Positions 50,424 to 61,092 of a stretch of DNA of 64,000 bases are shown piece by piece. A program made the translations under genes and the position numbers. Every line of letters begins with the position of its first letter. Position 1 is the first letter of the stretch. The notes under the pieces are model-generated. The model did not search any database and was not told the origin of the DNA. It saw only the letters and a list, made by a program, of their open reading frames with translations. The stretch spans positions 1,184,001 through 1,248,000 of the forward strand of contig CAVSHF010000003.1 of NCBI GenBank assembly GCA_963727805.1, in the 5' to 3' direction. This stretch comes from an uncultured Nitrospiraceae bacterium (GTDB lineage Bacteria > Nitrospirota > Thermodesulfovibrionia > Thermodesulfovibrionales > Dissulfurispiraceae).

Positions 50424-51323
50424 CTACAAATCAAAAAATTGTGCAATCGCTGATTGTTCCTTCTCCACCATAGCCTTAAGATCATCGATATCTTTATCAT
50501 TAAGACCATTCTCATTGAAAAGTCTTTGATGCTCATCGGTCCACTGGCCATCATGGATAACCTGGGGGTAGACAAGATCAGACAAACCCTCTGCAAGAAA
50601 AATCACATTGGAAACCTTTGCATGAGGCCCTGCCAATATGACAAAATGGTGTGTTTCGATCGGGACTATGATTTCTTCGGGAAAACAGAGGTGATCTAAA
50701 AACCACTTTGCGGCCATAGGATGCGTGCATCGAAACACGTTGGCTTCGGCTTTCAGCAGGCCTTCGCCTTTCAGTTTTATCAGATCATGGACTTTCGTAT
50801 CCATAATACTGTCAGAGATTACCTTTAAAAGTATGAGCCTCCCGATGTCGTGGAGCAGACCGGCAAGAAAACAGACACTCCTCTCTTTGCCGGATACTTT
50901 GTTGCAGAGACTCGCTGCAATATTACCGACGACGTATGAGTGGGCCCACATCTGCTTAAAATTGCCGTACTGACTGGCAAACACATTGAAAATGGAAGCA
51001 GCTAGGGAAATGCTCCTTACAAGGTCAAAACCCAGTAACATGACGGCCTGTTCGATAGCGTTGATCTTACCGGGATATCCAAGAAACGCGGAATTTGCCA
51101 CCGCGATGACACGAGAAGCAATGGCTTGATCATGGCGTATAATATCGGAGATATCGTTAATTGAGGTATTGTCCTTATTAAGGGCCTTGACCAGCTGATA
51201 TTTGACTACTGCGAGACTTGGAAGATTCGATAACTGTTGAATTTTATCCCTGACGGGGAAGGCATTTTCCGCATCGGTCTCCATATGATGCCTATCCTCT
51301 CCATTATTCATTTTTGGTCTCAA
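50424..51323 (-). CDS. HDOD domain protein
   Basis: LPSL, DQAIASRVIAVANSAF, WAHS, GLLHDIG, HH; start uncertain. Confidence 0.88.
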   Translation of the reverse strand: MRPKMNNGEDRHHMETDAENAFPVRDKIQQLSNLPSLAVVKYQLVKALNKDNTSINDISDIIRHDQAIASRVIAVANSAFLGYPGKINAIEQAVMLLGFDLVRSISLAASIFNVFASQYGNFKQMWAHSYVVGNIAASLCNKVSGKERSVCFLAGLLHDIGRLILLKVISDSIMDTKVHDLIKLKGEGLLKAEANVFRCTHPMAAKWFLDHLCFPEEIIVPIETHHFVILAGPHAKVSNVIFLAEGLSDLVYPQVIHDGQWTDEHQRLFNENGLNDKDIDDLKAMVEKEQSAIAQFFDL

Positions 51324-51640
51324 ATCCCCAGCCTGTCAGCCATCATCTTTTATAAAAATGAGGACTAGGCACCTTCCCGCTAGCTCTGTTATAAGTATAC
51401 AGAATCCAGGGAAGAAATAATATCTTGCCTTCTCATCGTCCACTCAACCAACATGGCACTTAGTTTGGCGCCGCATTACGATCGAAACGGTCTTTGTAGG
51501 GAATCTTCTTACAAACGTTGACTGCAAAATCTGACAATAAAAACAGTCTTTGCCCGATACCATACATCAACTTAATACATATATATTTGATTATAAATAG
51601 CAGAGATTTATTATTTTTATACTGAGAAAGGAGCATCCCA

Positions 51641-51811
51641 ATGAACTGCCCATGCTTTAAAGAAACATCCGTCGGATTGTGCGACGCTTCAAAGAAGCTT
51701 CGCGTCCCGAGTATCTCCGAAATGGAGATATATTGCTTCAGAACTGCTTTCAGGTATTGCCCATTTTTCACGGGCGAAGCGTTGCTAAAAATTTCGGCCA
51801 AGGTTTTTTAA
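51641..51811 (+). CDS. Small Cys-rich protein (56 aa, below ORF-track cutoff)
   Basis: AAGGAG SD; MNCPCFKETSVGLCDASKKLRVPSISEMEIYCFRTAFRYCPFF... Confidence 0.6.
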   Translation: MNCPCFKETSVGLCDASKKLRVPSISEMEIYCFRTAFRYCPFFTGEALLKISAKVF

Positions 51812-51976
51812 AAAGCAAGGCCTCGGAGAGGGACCTTCCCTCTCCAGATCTTTTCCACCCCACCCTTTATGGAAGCCGACGGATTTCATTGCTGTCGGGG
51901 TCTCTATTTACTTCTCCTTTCTTGGGATTATTATCTATAATATGCATAACTTATAAATTAATCGTAAGGACCTGCA

Positions 51977-52819
51977 ATGGTAGAAAAAAAGATTGACAAA
52001 AAAATCATCGAAATAATTGAAGCAACAAGTTTCCCCCCGGTGGCGCTAAGGATATACAACCTTGTCAGCCGTGCCAACACCAGCATGGCTGAAATAGAGA
52101 CGTCGATCTTGATGGATCCCGTTCTCTCAGCAAAGGTCCTGCAAGTCGCTAACTCCCCTTTCTTCAACCGGGGAAGGCAAACCGATACCCTCGATCATGC
52201 CCTTGCCCTCATTGGGTTTAATGCGGTACAAATGGTTGTTCTTTGCGCCGCCCTTCACGAACTTTACAAGTCTGCCTCAATAATCGATAAAAAAATGTGG
52301 GCGCACTCTCTGGGCGTTTCACTTATTGCTTCAATGCTTGCGAAAGAAACAGGACTCGTCAATGAGCACATTGCATCGACAGCAGGGCTTTTTCACGACT
52401 CCGGCAAACTAGTTCTGAAAAATGCCTCCCCGGAACAATATGCTGTAATGTCCGAGTCACTTGAGGGAAGCAACCTTTCCTTTTGCGACGCCGAAAATAA
52501 GATTTTCGGTGTTGACCACCAGGTTGCCGGCACTCTCCTCGCCAAGAATTGGAATCTCTCCAAGGAATATTCCATTGTAATCGCCTTTCATCACAAAGAC
52601 GAATATCCGACCCCCATTGCCCCGCACGAGAGGAATCTCCTTAATGTGATCAAGATTGCCGATGAGATCGCATTCTTTTTCGGCATCGGATTACGGAAGA
52701 AAGTCGACCTTTACCAACTTCCGTATAAGAATCTGGGCATAACCAAGAAACGGTTCGATGAACTCATCTGGCAGGTAAACGAAATATACGAAGAGTATGT
52801 CAATAGCCTGTCTTTCTGA
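51977..52819 (+). CDS. HDOD domain protein
   Basis: DPVLSAKVLQVANSPF, WAHS, GLFHDSGK, FHH. Confidence 0.9.
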   Translation: MVEKKIDKKIIEIIEATSFPPVALRIYNLVSRANTSMAEIETSILMDPVLSAKVLQVANSPFFNRGRQTDTLDHALALIGFNAVQMVVLCAALHELYKSASIIDKKMWAHSLGVSLIASMLAKETGLVNEHIASTAGLFHDSGKLVLKNASPEQYAVMSESLEGSNLSFCDAENKIFGVDHQVAGTLLAKNWNLSKEYSIVIAFHHKDEYPTPIAPHERNLLNVIKIADEIAFFFGIGLRKKVDLYQLPYKNLGITKKRFDELIWQVNEIYEEYVNSLSF

Positions 52820-52865
52820 GGTCCTGCCCAGTGCTTTCGGCCGGCTGCAGGACAATCACTTCCAG

Positions 52866-52918
52866 TCAGTTTCCGGGCGATAGCGCCTCCAGGACGGCGT
52901 TATCGCCGGAAAGTTGAT
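52866..52918. terminator. GC-rich hairpin between convergent genes, probable terminator
   Basis: TTTCCGGGCGATAGCGCC...GGCGTTATCGCCGGAAA inverted repeat. Confidence 0.6.
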
Positions 52919-52922
52919 CTCT

Positions 52923-53843
52923 TTACCTGCTGCATCTGCCGAGATGAAATGATTTCGAATCGGCATACCCGTAGAAAAATCTCCCGAATCCGAGACAGCC
53001 CGATATGTCCGTAAGAGCATAGCCATCCTTTGATGAGAGGAGCAGATTTCTCTTCAATGATCCTTTGCCGTTTTGGTTATCGGTTATCAGGAAAATAAAA
53101 TCGTCCTTTCCATCCCCGTTACTATCAAGGGCATAACTATCTGCAAGGTAATTGAGATTGCATCCGGTTTTTGTTGTCTTTGCCGGGTCATCGCATTTTT
53201 CCTGCGCATAACGAGCTACCATATCATATGCTTGTTTTGATTTATCATTAAGCGGAAATTTGATAAAAGGTTTTTTGGCCTCTGTGACAAACACCTTCTT
53301 GCCGTCGGGGTAGGCGACACATATCGTCTTTAGGAAGTCCGAGAACGACCTATTCGGGAATTCGGTCTGATGTGTCACTAAGGCCTCAAAGGGCAGCGGC
53401 TCCTGAGGGAACCGTTCCGACTTCTTCCCCTTTTTTACCGTCATGAAAACATTTTGTCGACTGAAACTATAGCGCGCGCCACGCAAAAATTGTTCAAAAT
53501 CCCTGCTTAAATATTGTTTTTCACTGATCTCATAAAATATACCGTTCCCCCTTGCTGCATAGGCCTTTGAACCCTGCTTTTCGAGATAGACGATAAGAAA
53601 ATGCGGTTCACGTGTGTCGTTTCGATATACGTCCGCTTTGAGAATCCCGACAGATCTTGATTTATCGAGCCATTTTACATCGAGAAATTCATCGCAGAGG
53701 CTGAAGCGCTCCTTCAATGCCGAAGAAACGTCTTTTCTGAAGCCCGCATTCTCAATATCCGCCGCATATGCACCGACGGCAAGGATGATAGCCATTAACA
53801 AGACAATAAAAATCGACACCCGTTTTATGCACCACCTGTTCAT
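52923..53843 (-). CDS. Secreted hypothetical protein
   Basis: GGAGG SD before ATG 53843, signal peptide ending AYA, DSNGDGKDD Ca-binding-like loop; alternative in-frame start at 54017. Confidence 0.7.
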   Translation of the reverse strand: MNRWCIKRVSIFIVLLMAIILAVGAYAADIENAGFRKDVSSALKERFSLCDEFLDVKWLDKSRSVGILKADVYRNDTREPHFLIVYLEKQGSKAYAARGNGIFYEISEKQYLSRDFEQFLRGARYSFSRQNVFMTVKKGKKSERFPQEPLPFEALVTHQTEFPNRSFSDFLKTICVAYPDGKKVFVTEAKKPFIKFPLNDKSKQAYDMVARYAQEKCDDPAKTTKTGCNLNYLADSYALDSNGDGKDDFIFLITDNQNGKGSLKRNLLLSSKDGYALTDISGCLGFGRFFYGYADSKSFHLGRCSR

Positions 53844-54244
53844 CTGACACCTCCGTGAAGTATGTGGAATACTCGCCACCGAACCGCAGGAACGGTTGAA
53901 GTGGTCAGCTTCGCGATTCACAGACACCAGCGTACTGGAGGCCTTGCCCACAGCACGTCTCTTGGTAGTCCCCTGCACGGTTTTACCCGAGCCATCCGTG
54001 ATACAGCACACCTCCATGGATACCTCGCTATAATTCGGGCAGTCCCTGTCCTATTTGATACTCCTCCCTAACCTCGGCGATTGTCTACTTTACCACATAA
54101 CGAGTGAGGCATTAGTGGTCAAGCCTCAGTTATGGCACAACAAATACTGCCTGCATTTCCCGATTATCAAGGTGAGTGTACCATATGGATAACACTCTGC
54201 GAAGTGACGTGGCTCACCATCGCACGGTCTTGGTAACAGTTGTC

Positions 54245-54264
54245 TATATATATATATATATATA
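54245..54264. repeat. (TA)10 microsatellite within a 24-bp palindrome
   Basis: TC(TA)10GA at 54243-54266. Confidence 0.95.
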
Positions 54265-54497
54265 GATATAGCTCCGTGCAGGAAAAAGTTAACAGCACCT
54301 GCCTACCTCCACCTAACTCTATTTTAGGCAGGAGAATGCGACGGTAAGTTTCGATCAAAACCCACTACTTGCCCCCCTTATGGCTCACGCCGAGCGGGGG
54401 GAATGTAAAACTCTTTCTTTAATGATTATTATAGTATATTTATGAGCAGGAAGAAACAATTATGGCTAACTATTGCATCTATCGTTTAAACTAAAAA

Positions 54498-55871
54498 GTG
54501 ATGACCAATAAACATTTCAGGATATTCTTTTCGGGTATAGGAGGAAGCGGCGTATCGGCCATTGCCGCTTTCATGGCGGATAAAGGGCATATTGTTTCAG
54601 GCTCGGACCGGGCTTTCGAGAAGGAGCCGTATCATCCCGCCTGCCGGACTCTGAAGAATAAGGGCGTCACCATCGTGCCACAGGATGGCAGCGGCATCGA
54701 CACGTCTTTGGATCTCGCCGTTTTCAGTACCGCTGTCGAATCTGACCGGCCGGAATATGTCAAGGCAAAGGCCCTCGGCATTCCTGTCAAAACGAGGCCG
54801 GAATACCTTTCACAGATTGTATCAGAATACAAGACGATAGCCGTGGCAGGCACGAGCGGCAAATCGACAGTCTCAGGAATGCTCGCCTATCTTATGTCGC
54901 AACTTGGATTGAAGCCAAACTTCATTGGCGGCGGAAGGGTCAAGCAGTTCAGGACCGAATCGAATCCGGGGAATTCGATTACCGGGGATTCAGAGCTCCT
55001 TGTGATCGAGGCCTGTGAAGCCGACGGAACTATTGTCGATTATAAACCGGAACATACGCTTATTCTCAACCTCGAACTTGATCATCACGCCATTCATAAA
55101 ACATCTGCTATGTTCGATACATTGATTAACAATACGAAAAAACTGGTCGTTATCAATGCCGATGACCATAATCTCTCGTCCCTTTCTTCCACACGAATGA
55201 AGGATGCCGTAACTTTCTCCCTTTCAAAACCGGCGGGATACGTTCCTCGCAATATCGTTTGCCGGCCGCTGAGCACTGACTTTTCTCTCGGCGGACAACG
55301 CTTCACCCTTTCACTGCCAGGCCGATATAATCTTTCCAATGCTCTCGCCTGCATCGCCATTCTATCCGAAATGGGCATTACTCTCCAAGAAAGTGCCGGC
55401 GTGCTGCATAAATTCTCCGGCATCGAAAGGCGTTTCGATATTCACCTCGATGACGGGATTCACCTGGTGGTCGATGATTATGCTCATAACCCTCATAAGA
55501 TATCGGCTTTAATGCAGGCTGCTAAGCCGTTACGGAAGCACATCTGCTATATATTCCAGCCTCACGGATTTGGGCCTACCCGAATGATGCAGGCAGAGTA
55601 TATTGTTGCTTTTTCTGAAGGCCTGCGGGATTCCGACCATTTGATTCTGCTTCCAATTTTTTATGCCGGCGGCACCGTGAGTGATGATATATCGAGCCAT
55701 GACCTCGCAAGAGGGATAAAAAGGAACGGCAGGTCGGTAGAAGTCGTCAAGGATAGGAATGAGGTAATAAGAGGTCTGGAGAGATCGGACAACTATATTG
55801 TTATGGGCGCACGTGACGAGACACTTTCAGGCTTTGCACGGTCTATCGCCCTTCTTCTCGGAATGGGGTAA
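54498..55871 (+). CDS. Mur ligase, MurC/Mpl family
   Basis: GIGGSGVS, GSD, AGTSGKST, EACE, RRF, DDYAHNP, FQPH. Confidence 0.88.
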   Translation: MMTNKHFRIFFSGIGGSGVSAIAAFMADKGHIVSGSDRAFEKEPYHPACRTLKNKGVTIVPQDGSGIDTSLDLAVFSTAVESDRPEYVKAKALGIPVKTRPEYLSQIVSEYKTIAVAGTSGKSTVSGMLAYLMSQLGLKPNFIGGGRVKQFRTESNPGNSITGDSELLVIEACEADGTIVDYKPEHTLILNLELDHHAIHKTSAMFDTLINNTKKLVVINADDHNLSSLSSTRMKDAVTFSLSKPAGYVPRNIVCRPLSTDFSLGGQRFTLSLPGRYNLSNALACIAILSEMGITLQESAGVLHKFSGIERRFDIHLDDGIHLVVDDYAHNPHKISALMQAAKPLRKHICYIFQPHGFGPTRMMQAEYIVAFSEGLRDSDHLILLPIFYAGGTVSDDISSHDLARGIKRNGRSVEVVKDRNEVIRGLERSDNYIVMGARDETLSGFARSIALLLGMG

Positions 55872-55912
55872 CCCTGAATATGCAGGCTGTCACTGTATAC
55901 GTCTGTGTTTGC

Positions 55913-57340
55913 TCAATCAATACGCTCCACCATATCATTACTCGTCACCCTCTTCAGAATCTCCCTCGCCGCAACCACACCTGATATAGAAGCTTGAATC
56001 AGTCCACGTGTTACCCCTGCGCCGTCGCCTACAGCAAATAAATTCTTCACTTCTGTCTCAAGTACCGAGGTGAGTTTGAGCTTCGTCGAATAGAACTTCA
56101 CCTCCACGCCATAAAGAAGCGTATCACCCGAGTTCACTCCTGGCGCGACGTTATCAAGTGCTTCAAGCATTTCTATGATATTGTGAAGATGTCGATAGGG
56201 TAATATGAAACTCACGTCGCCGGGGGTGGCGTCTTCAAGAGTCGGCCGCACAGATCCCTCGGCGATTCTCTCCGGTGTTGACCGCCTTCCCATTTTGAGG
56301 TCCCCGAGCCGCTGGACAATCACGCCCCCGCCTAAAAGGTTGGCAAGGCCGGCTATATACTTGCCGTATGACAGGGGATTGTCAAAGGGCTTCGTGAAGT
56401 CCGTACTCACCAGTAGCGCAAAGTTAGTGTTCTCAGTCTTGCGGTTCTTGTAGCTGTGGCCGTTTACACTGAATACCCCCTCGCTGTATTCCTTCACGAC
56501 CTCTCCGTAGGGATTCATGCAGAACGTCCGCACTCGGTCATGAAACTTGCCTGATGAGTAGATGAACTTGCCCTCATAAGCCACATCGGTAATATCCTTC
56601 ATAATATGTGCGGGAAGTTCAACTCGCACGCCTATGTCCACTGGATTTTTCTGAAGTGAGAGCTGTAGCCGCTTTGCCTCTCCCGAAAGCCATGTGGACC
56701 CCTCCCTGCCGACCGCGGCAATCACCACCGGTGAGACGAAATGCTTACCCTCCCCCGTCGTTACACCGCTGACCGCACCGTTATCTATGGCAACCTGCTG
56801 CACCGGTGTATCGAAGATAATATCGACTCTTCCATCGAGATGTTCCCAGATCTTCCTCAAGACCTCCTTACAGAGATCCGTGCCAATATGCCGGATACGC
56901 GCCGGGATAAGCTCGAGATTGTAACTGGCACATTTCTTTTTGAGACGCAAAAGCGCGTCGCGGTCTTCTCCATGGATATCACCTCCGGCACCAAAAAAGC
57001 GATAGATCGAGTCAACATAATCGATAAAAATAGTGATATCTTCCACGGACAGATAATCCTTCAGCCATCCGCCAAATTCCGAAGTAAGAGTGAGTTTGCC
57101 GTCACTGTATGCGCCCGCCCCTCCCCAGCCGCAGAGGATGCCGCATAAGTCGCACTGCACGCAGGGGGTATCAGACTCGACCATAGGACAGGCTCTCTTC
57201 TGAATGTCGCTACCCTTCTCAATCATGAGAATTCTAAGATTGGAATTCTTGACAAGCTCGAGTGCTGCAAAAATCCCCGCAGGACCGGAGCCGATTATGA
57301 TAACGTCGTATGAAGAAGTCATATCAACTGTAAAAGCCAT
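55913..57340 (-). CDS. NAD(P)/FAD-dependent oxidoreductase
   Basis: IIGSGPAG, GWGGAGAYSDGKL, RTFCMNP, GDGAG. Confidence 0.85.
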   Translation of the reverse strand: MAFTVDMTSSYDVIIIGSGPAGIFAALELVKNSNLRILMIEKGSDIQKRACPMVESDTPCVQCDLCGILCGWGGAGAYSDGKLTLTSEFGGWLKDYLSVEDITIFIDYVDSIYRFFGAGGDIHGEDRDALLRLKKKCASYNLELIPARIRHIGTDLCKEVLRKIWEHLDGRVDIIFDTPVQQVAIDNGAVSGVTTGEGKHFVSPVVIAAVGREGSTWLSGEAKRLQLSLQKNPVDIGVRVELPAHIMKDITDVAYEGKFIYSSGKFHDRVRTFCMNPYGEVVKEYSEGVFSVNGHSYKNRKTENTNFALLVSTDFTKPFDNPLSYGKYIAGLANLLGGGVIVQRLGDLKMGRRSTPERIAEGSVRPTLEDATPGDVSFILPYRHLHNIIEMLEALDNVAPGVNSGDTLLYGVEVKFYSTKLKLTSVLETEVKNLFAVGDGAGVTRGLIQASISGVVAAREILKRVTSNDMVERID

Positions 57341-57988
57341 TTGGACATGGTGCCCTCAGATACCGCAATTCAAAGCATGTGTCACTCACATGTAAGTTTA
57401 ACTATTATAAGCGATTCACAAAATGTCAGTGCAGACTTTATTTCAGAGCGTGTATACCAAATGAGAGACAAAAAAGCAATGCACGTTGGTTTTGCATAAT
57501 CGCCGATAACAGCCAAAGGTTGCATTGACTGTGCAAAGCGTGAATCCTTGTTCGCCCGACTGAAAACCTTTCAAATCTAATAACTGCCTAGCCGTGCGCA
57601 GGTATCGAGAGCCTGCCAAAGAATGCATACCTCTGTCCAGTGACCGTTTCACGCCAAGCTTCGCTTGCGGTGGATTTATCAGCGTGCGGGCAATGCCTTT
57701 AGATTCTGAACCGCAGTTTTTTGACAGCAGCGAACTGCCTCATCAAAAATCAAGTTGAAAGCAAATCGTTGCCTAAATTAGAATCCAGTCGTAATAATTT
57801 GCAGAAACCCCATAATGACACCTGCATTAGGAGTAGGAGGCGCTAACAGAGTATAACCGCGTATATGTGTCATGGTTGCTGACGAGGCTGCTTTAACAAT
57901 CATGGGAGTACAGGGCGAGACCATCTCCAGCTTTTAGGGGCCATCGCCCTGCTTCCCCAAATAATGTGGCCTTTGGCAAGAATCTTAA

Positions 57989-58014
57989 TGCCTGCTCATC
58001 AACATCAGCAGGCA
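57989..58014 (-). terminator. Hairpin downstream of the SphA-like gene
   Basis: TGCCTGCT...AGCAGGCA stem; weak U tract. Confidence 0.4.
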
Positions 58015-58027
58015 CTACGTACATTCG

Positions 58028-58966
58028 CTAGAAAGCATAGACAATTTTAAACCAGGCTTTACTCCCATCCGGCTTATTTTCAACCGCCATTTCCTTCTGA
58101 TATTTCAGGATAAAACTCATATTCTTATAGTCATACTTGACCTGTGGGCCAACAGCAAAAGCTTGACCTTTGAACCCATCCGTGCCTACTTTCGTCCCAT
58201 CCTGCTTGTCGTCAGTGATCTGTTTGTAATAGAAGCCCCCGACTCCTAGACTCCAGTTCTTAATATGGTAGGCAAGGGTATAATCGAAATGAAATTCTTG
58301 GCCTGAGAGATATTCCGTTTCGTGGTTCTTGAAATTATAGTCATACATGAACTTGCTCGATGCCTCAAATCCACTGTCGCTTAAATAGGTAAAGGCTAGC
58401 GCTGGCTCCAAGTTCCAGTAATTTCGTCCCGGATTTGCGATGCGAGTCACGTCATACCCGCCTGTCGGAATATTGATGTCGAGGCCTGCCACAGCATGCA
58501 AATTTTTTGAATGCCACGCTAGTATAAGAGGACTTAAAGTCGCATCCCCAATTTCGGTAATACTTTTCTTCTCATTAGGGAGGTGAACATCCAAATTTGC
58601 GACCGGAATGATTGCATGCATCGCATAATCCAATCCGAGAATTTTTATCTTAGTAACATAGATAAAACGAAACGCATCCGCGATCGCCCTCACTTTAAAA
58701 CCAGGTATCAAGCTATTGCCATCCTTGTCATTAAACCTGTTTGCCCAATAGTAATTCGTGTAATTAATAAAGTAAAAACCTGGCGGAGGGGCGGCACCAG
58801 ACATAAAATCCTCGTTGCCACCAGCATATATTGAACCGCCGCCTTCAGTTGCAAAGGCCACAGATCCCAAGATCAGGAGAAAAGAGATGATCGCAGCCTG
58901 AATAACCATAATGACTTTGACTCGTCCAGAGATACTGAGTGTTTCAATCGAAAGTGCACGCTTCAA
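58028..58966 (-). CDS. SphA / MetA-phenol-degradation family outer-membrane beta-barrel
   Basis: Signal peptide then ATEGGGS.Y..G, PPPG, PTG.Y, GRNYW, C-terminal Phe. Confidence 0.75.
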   Translation of the reverse strand: MKRALSIETLSISGRVKVIMVIQAAIISFLLILGSVAFATEGGGSIYAGGNEDFMSGAAPPPGFYFINYTNYYWANRFNDKDGNSLIPGFKVRAIADAFRFIYVTKIKILGLDYAMHAIIPVANLDVHLPNEKKSITEIGDATLSPLILAWHSKNLHAVAGLDINIPTGGYDVTRIANPGRNYWNLEPALAFTYLSDSGFEASSKFMYDYNFKNHETEYLSGQEFHFDYTLAYHIKNWSLGVGGFYYKQITDDKQDGTKVGTDGFKGQAFAVGPQVKYDYKNMSFILKYQKEMAVENKPDGSKAWFKIVYAF

Positions 58967-59127
58967 GATAACCTCCTCATTTCTATGATTTATTGCGATT
59001 GAATTCTTGCCAATTACATATCGAATTAATCCCCCGCTCTTCGCCCCCTTTGAACGAGAAAAATTACACTATCATACGCAAAGACATCGGGAAAGAGCAA
59101 CCACATCTAAAGGAGACTATCAGTCGC

Positions 59128-60369
59128 TTATACCTCCGTCCTTACAACATCTTTATCTATATATCTTGTACAGAAGAACGAGAAAAGTGCAGCGATGAAA
59201 ATGGCTAGTGGGGTAATCAGAAGCGCGGTCCTTAATCCGTTTAGATCGGACAGCCACCCTATTATTATCGGGGAAATCGCATCACCGAAGGCATGGATGA
59301 AGAATATATTTACAGCAAAGGCCATAGCCCGGATGGCCGGCTTCGTCACGTTTACAATAGTTGTATTGAGCGGCCCGGTGCTCAGGAACAGGAAGAATTC
59401 TGCAAAGAATGTTGCACCCAAACAAATTACAGCAGACTGTGTGGTAAGAGCGTAAATAGTAATGGGCACTCCTGTGAGAAAACCCCACGCTGAAACCAGT
59501 AGGTAGCCTTTGTTGCTCCTCCTTTGATAGTGGTCACCCAGCCATCCTCCTGACAGCGTACCGACGATCCCTGCCAGAATGGTTACGATGCCAAACAGAG
59601 TGTTCCCCGTGACGACGTCAAACCCGTGCATACGGCAAAGGAAGGTAGGTATCCACTGGGCCAAGCCACCGAGCGCGAACGTCATGGCAGCCATGGCCAT
59701 TGTATTAATTATGAATGACCGGTTTCTGACTAACTGAAGATAGCCTTTTGAAGCCTGTTCTTGCCGGTATTCAACAACTCCGTCGCTTTCTCCGCGGGGT
59801 GGTTCCCGAAGAAAGTAGAGGGGAAAAGACAATATAATTCCAGGAAGACTCACCACGAGAAAAGCCGCGTGCCAGCCGGCGTAATGCCCTAGAAGTCCGC
59901 CTAAAAGGTAACCGAGCGCGCTACCGACCGGAATGGCAAGATAAAAGAAGGAAAGAATTTGTCCGCGTTTTTCTCTCAAAAAATAGTCGGCAATTATCCC
60001 CGGTGAAACGGTGCCGAAACTTGCCTCTCCGACACCTACCATTGTCCGGGCTGAAAGTAGCATCCAATACCCATAAGAAAAGCCTGCTGTGGCTGTGGCG
60101 CAGCTCCAAGCCAAAAGACCGCATGCGGCGATCCTAACGCGTCTCATTCGGTCACCAAGCCATCCAAAAAGAGGAGCAGCTACCATATAGAAGATCATAA
60201 AGACACTTCCTAAAGAGCCGAGGGCGGCATCAGAGATATTCAGGTCCGCCTTGATCAGAGGGAACACGGCATAAATAACCTGCCTGTCGATATAATTGAG
60301 GAGATTGGCGGTGAAGAGAAGTGCTAAGGCGTAGCGGCTATACTTCGAAGGATTTGTGCGATAGTTCAC
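59128..60369 (-). CDS. MFS transporter, spinster-like
   Basis: LNYIDR, GWLGDR, GVGEASF, AIPVGSALGY, GDAISP. Confidence 0.85.
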   Translation of the reverse strand: MNYRTNPSKYSRYALALLFTANLLNYIDRQVIYAVFPLIKADLNISDAALGSLGSVFMIFYMVAAPLFGWLGDRMRRVRIAACGLLAWSCATATAGFSYGYWMLLSARTMVGVGEASFGTVSPGIIADYFLREKRGQILSFFYLAIPVGSALGYLLGGLLGHYAGWHAAFLVVSLPGIILSFPLYFLREPPRGESDGVVEYRQEQASKGYLQLVRNRSFIINTMAMAAMTFALGGLAQWIPTFLCRMHGFDVVTGNTLFGIVTILAGIVGTLSGGWLGDHYQRRSNKGYLLVSAWGFLTGVPITIYALTTQSAVICLGATFFAEFFLFLSTGPLNTTIVNVTKPAIRAMAFAVNIFFIHAFGDAISPIIIGWLSDLNGLRTALLITPLAIFIAALFSFFCTRYIDKDVVRTEV

Positions 60370-60375
60370 TATTCA

Positions 60376-61092
60376 TTAACCATCGGGCATCTTATCGAGG
60401 GCTTTTGCGGCAGCGAGCATCTGGGCCTCTTTCTTCGACTTCCCAGTTCCACTTCCGAACAATATTTCCTTCACATAGACCTCCGCAGTGAAGACCTTGC
60501 GGTGCTCCTCACCTTCCTGTTTCACAATCCTATATTCCGGCAACGTTCCGAAGGCCGCCTGGCACCGCTCCTGTAGCTCGCTTTTAAAGTCGTCGCGGTC
60601 TTTTCTTGCGATCACATGGCCGATTCTATTGCTGTAAAGCCTCAGGATAAGGGCTTTTACCGTTTCATAATCGCTGTCGAGGAATACCGCCCCAAACAGG
60701 GCTTCAAGCGTATCAGCAAGAATCGAGCGTTTCTGCCTGCCCCCCGTCGATTCTTCCCCCCGACCGAGCCTGACATATTCCCCCAGCGACAGAAACGCCG
60801 CAATTTCGTATAAAACCACCTTATTGACCAAACAGGATTTCATCTTCGACATATCGGCCTCACTGAGGAGACAGTTTTCAAGAAACAGAGTTTCGGCCAT
60901 GACGAGGCCAAGGACGGAATCTCCGAGGAATTCCAGCCGTTCATTATGAACTGACTGGTCCCCCGAATGCTCATGATGAAAAGATCTGTGAGTCAGGGCT
61001 TCACTGAATAAATGCGGGGTTCTGAACTGGTATCCCAACTGCTCCTGAAGTTCAGAGGGGTCACAAGTATTTTTTGAAGATGAGACAGGCAT
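60376..61092 (-). CDS. rnc: Ribonuclease III
   Basis: [15 protein letters not shown], dsRBD; probable ATG 61092 lies inside the end of fabF. Confidence 0.93.
   Translation of the reverse strand: MPVSSSKNTCDPSELQEQLGYQFRTPHLFSEALTHRSFHHEHSGDQSVHNERLEFLGDSVLGLVMAETLFLENCLLSEADMSKMKSCLVNKVVLYEIAAFLSLGEYVRLGRGEESTGGRQKRSILADTLEALFGAVFLDSDYETVKALILRLYSNRIGHVIARKDRDDFKSELQERCQAAFGTLPEYRIVKQEGEEHRKVFTAEVYVKEILFGSGTGKSKKEAQMLAAAKALDKMPDG

Noticed and set aside
53900..53995. c-di-GMP-I riboswitch-like words (GGTAAAACC, GCAAGGCCTCC) on the minus strand
   Set aside because: No GAAA tetraloop stem, receptor or closing P1; an Infernal search would be needed.
57400..57980. Long intergenic region with a GCTAAC attC-like word and a CAGGGCGA/TCGCCCTG hairpin
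   Set aside because: No matching GTTRRRY end, no repeated copies and no integrase.
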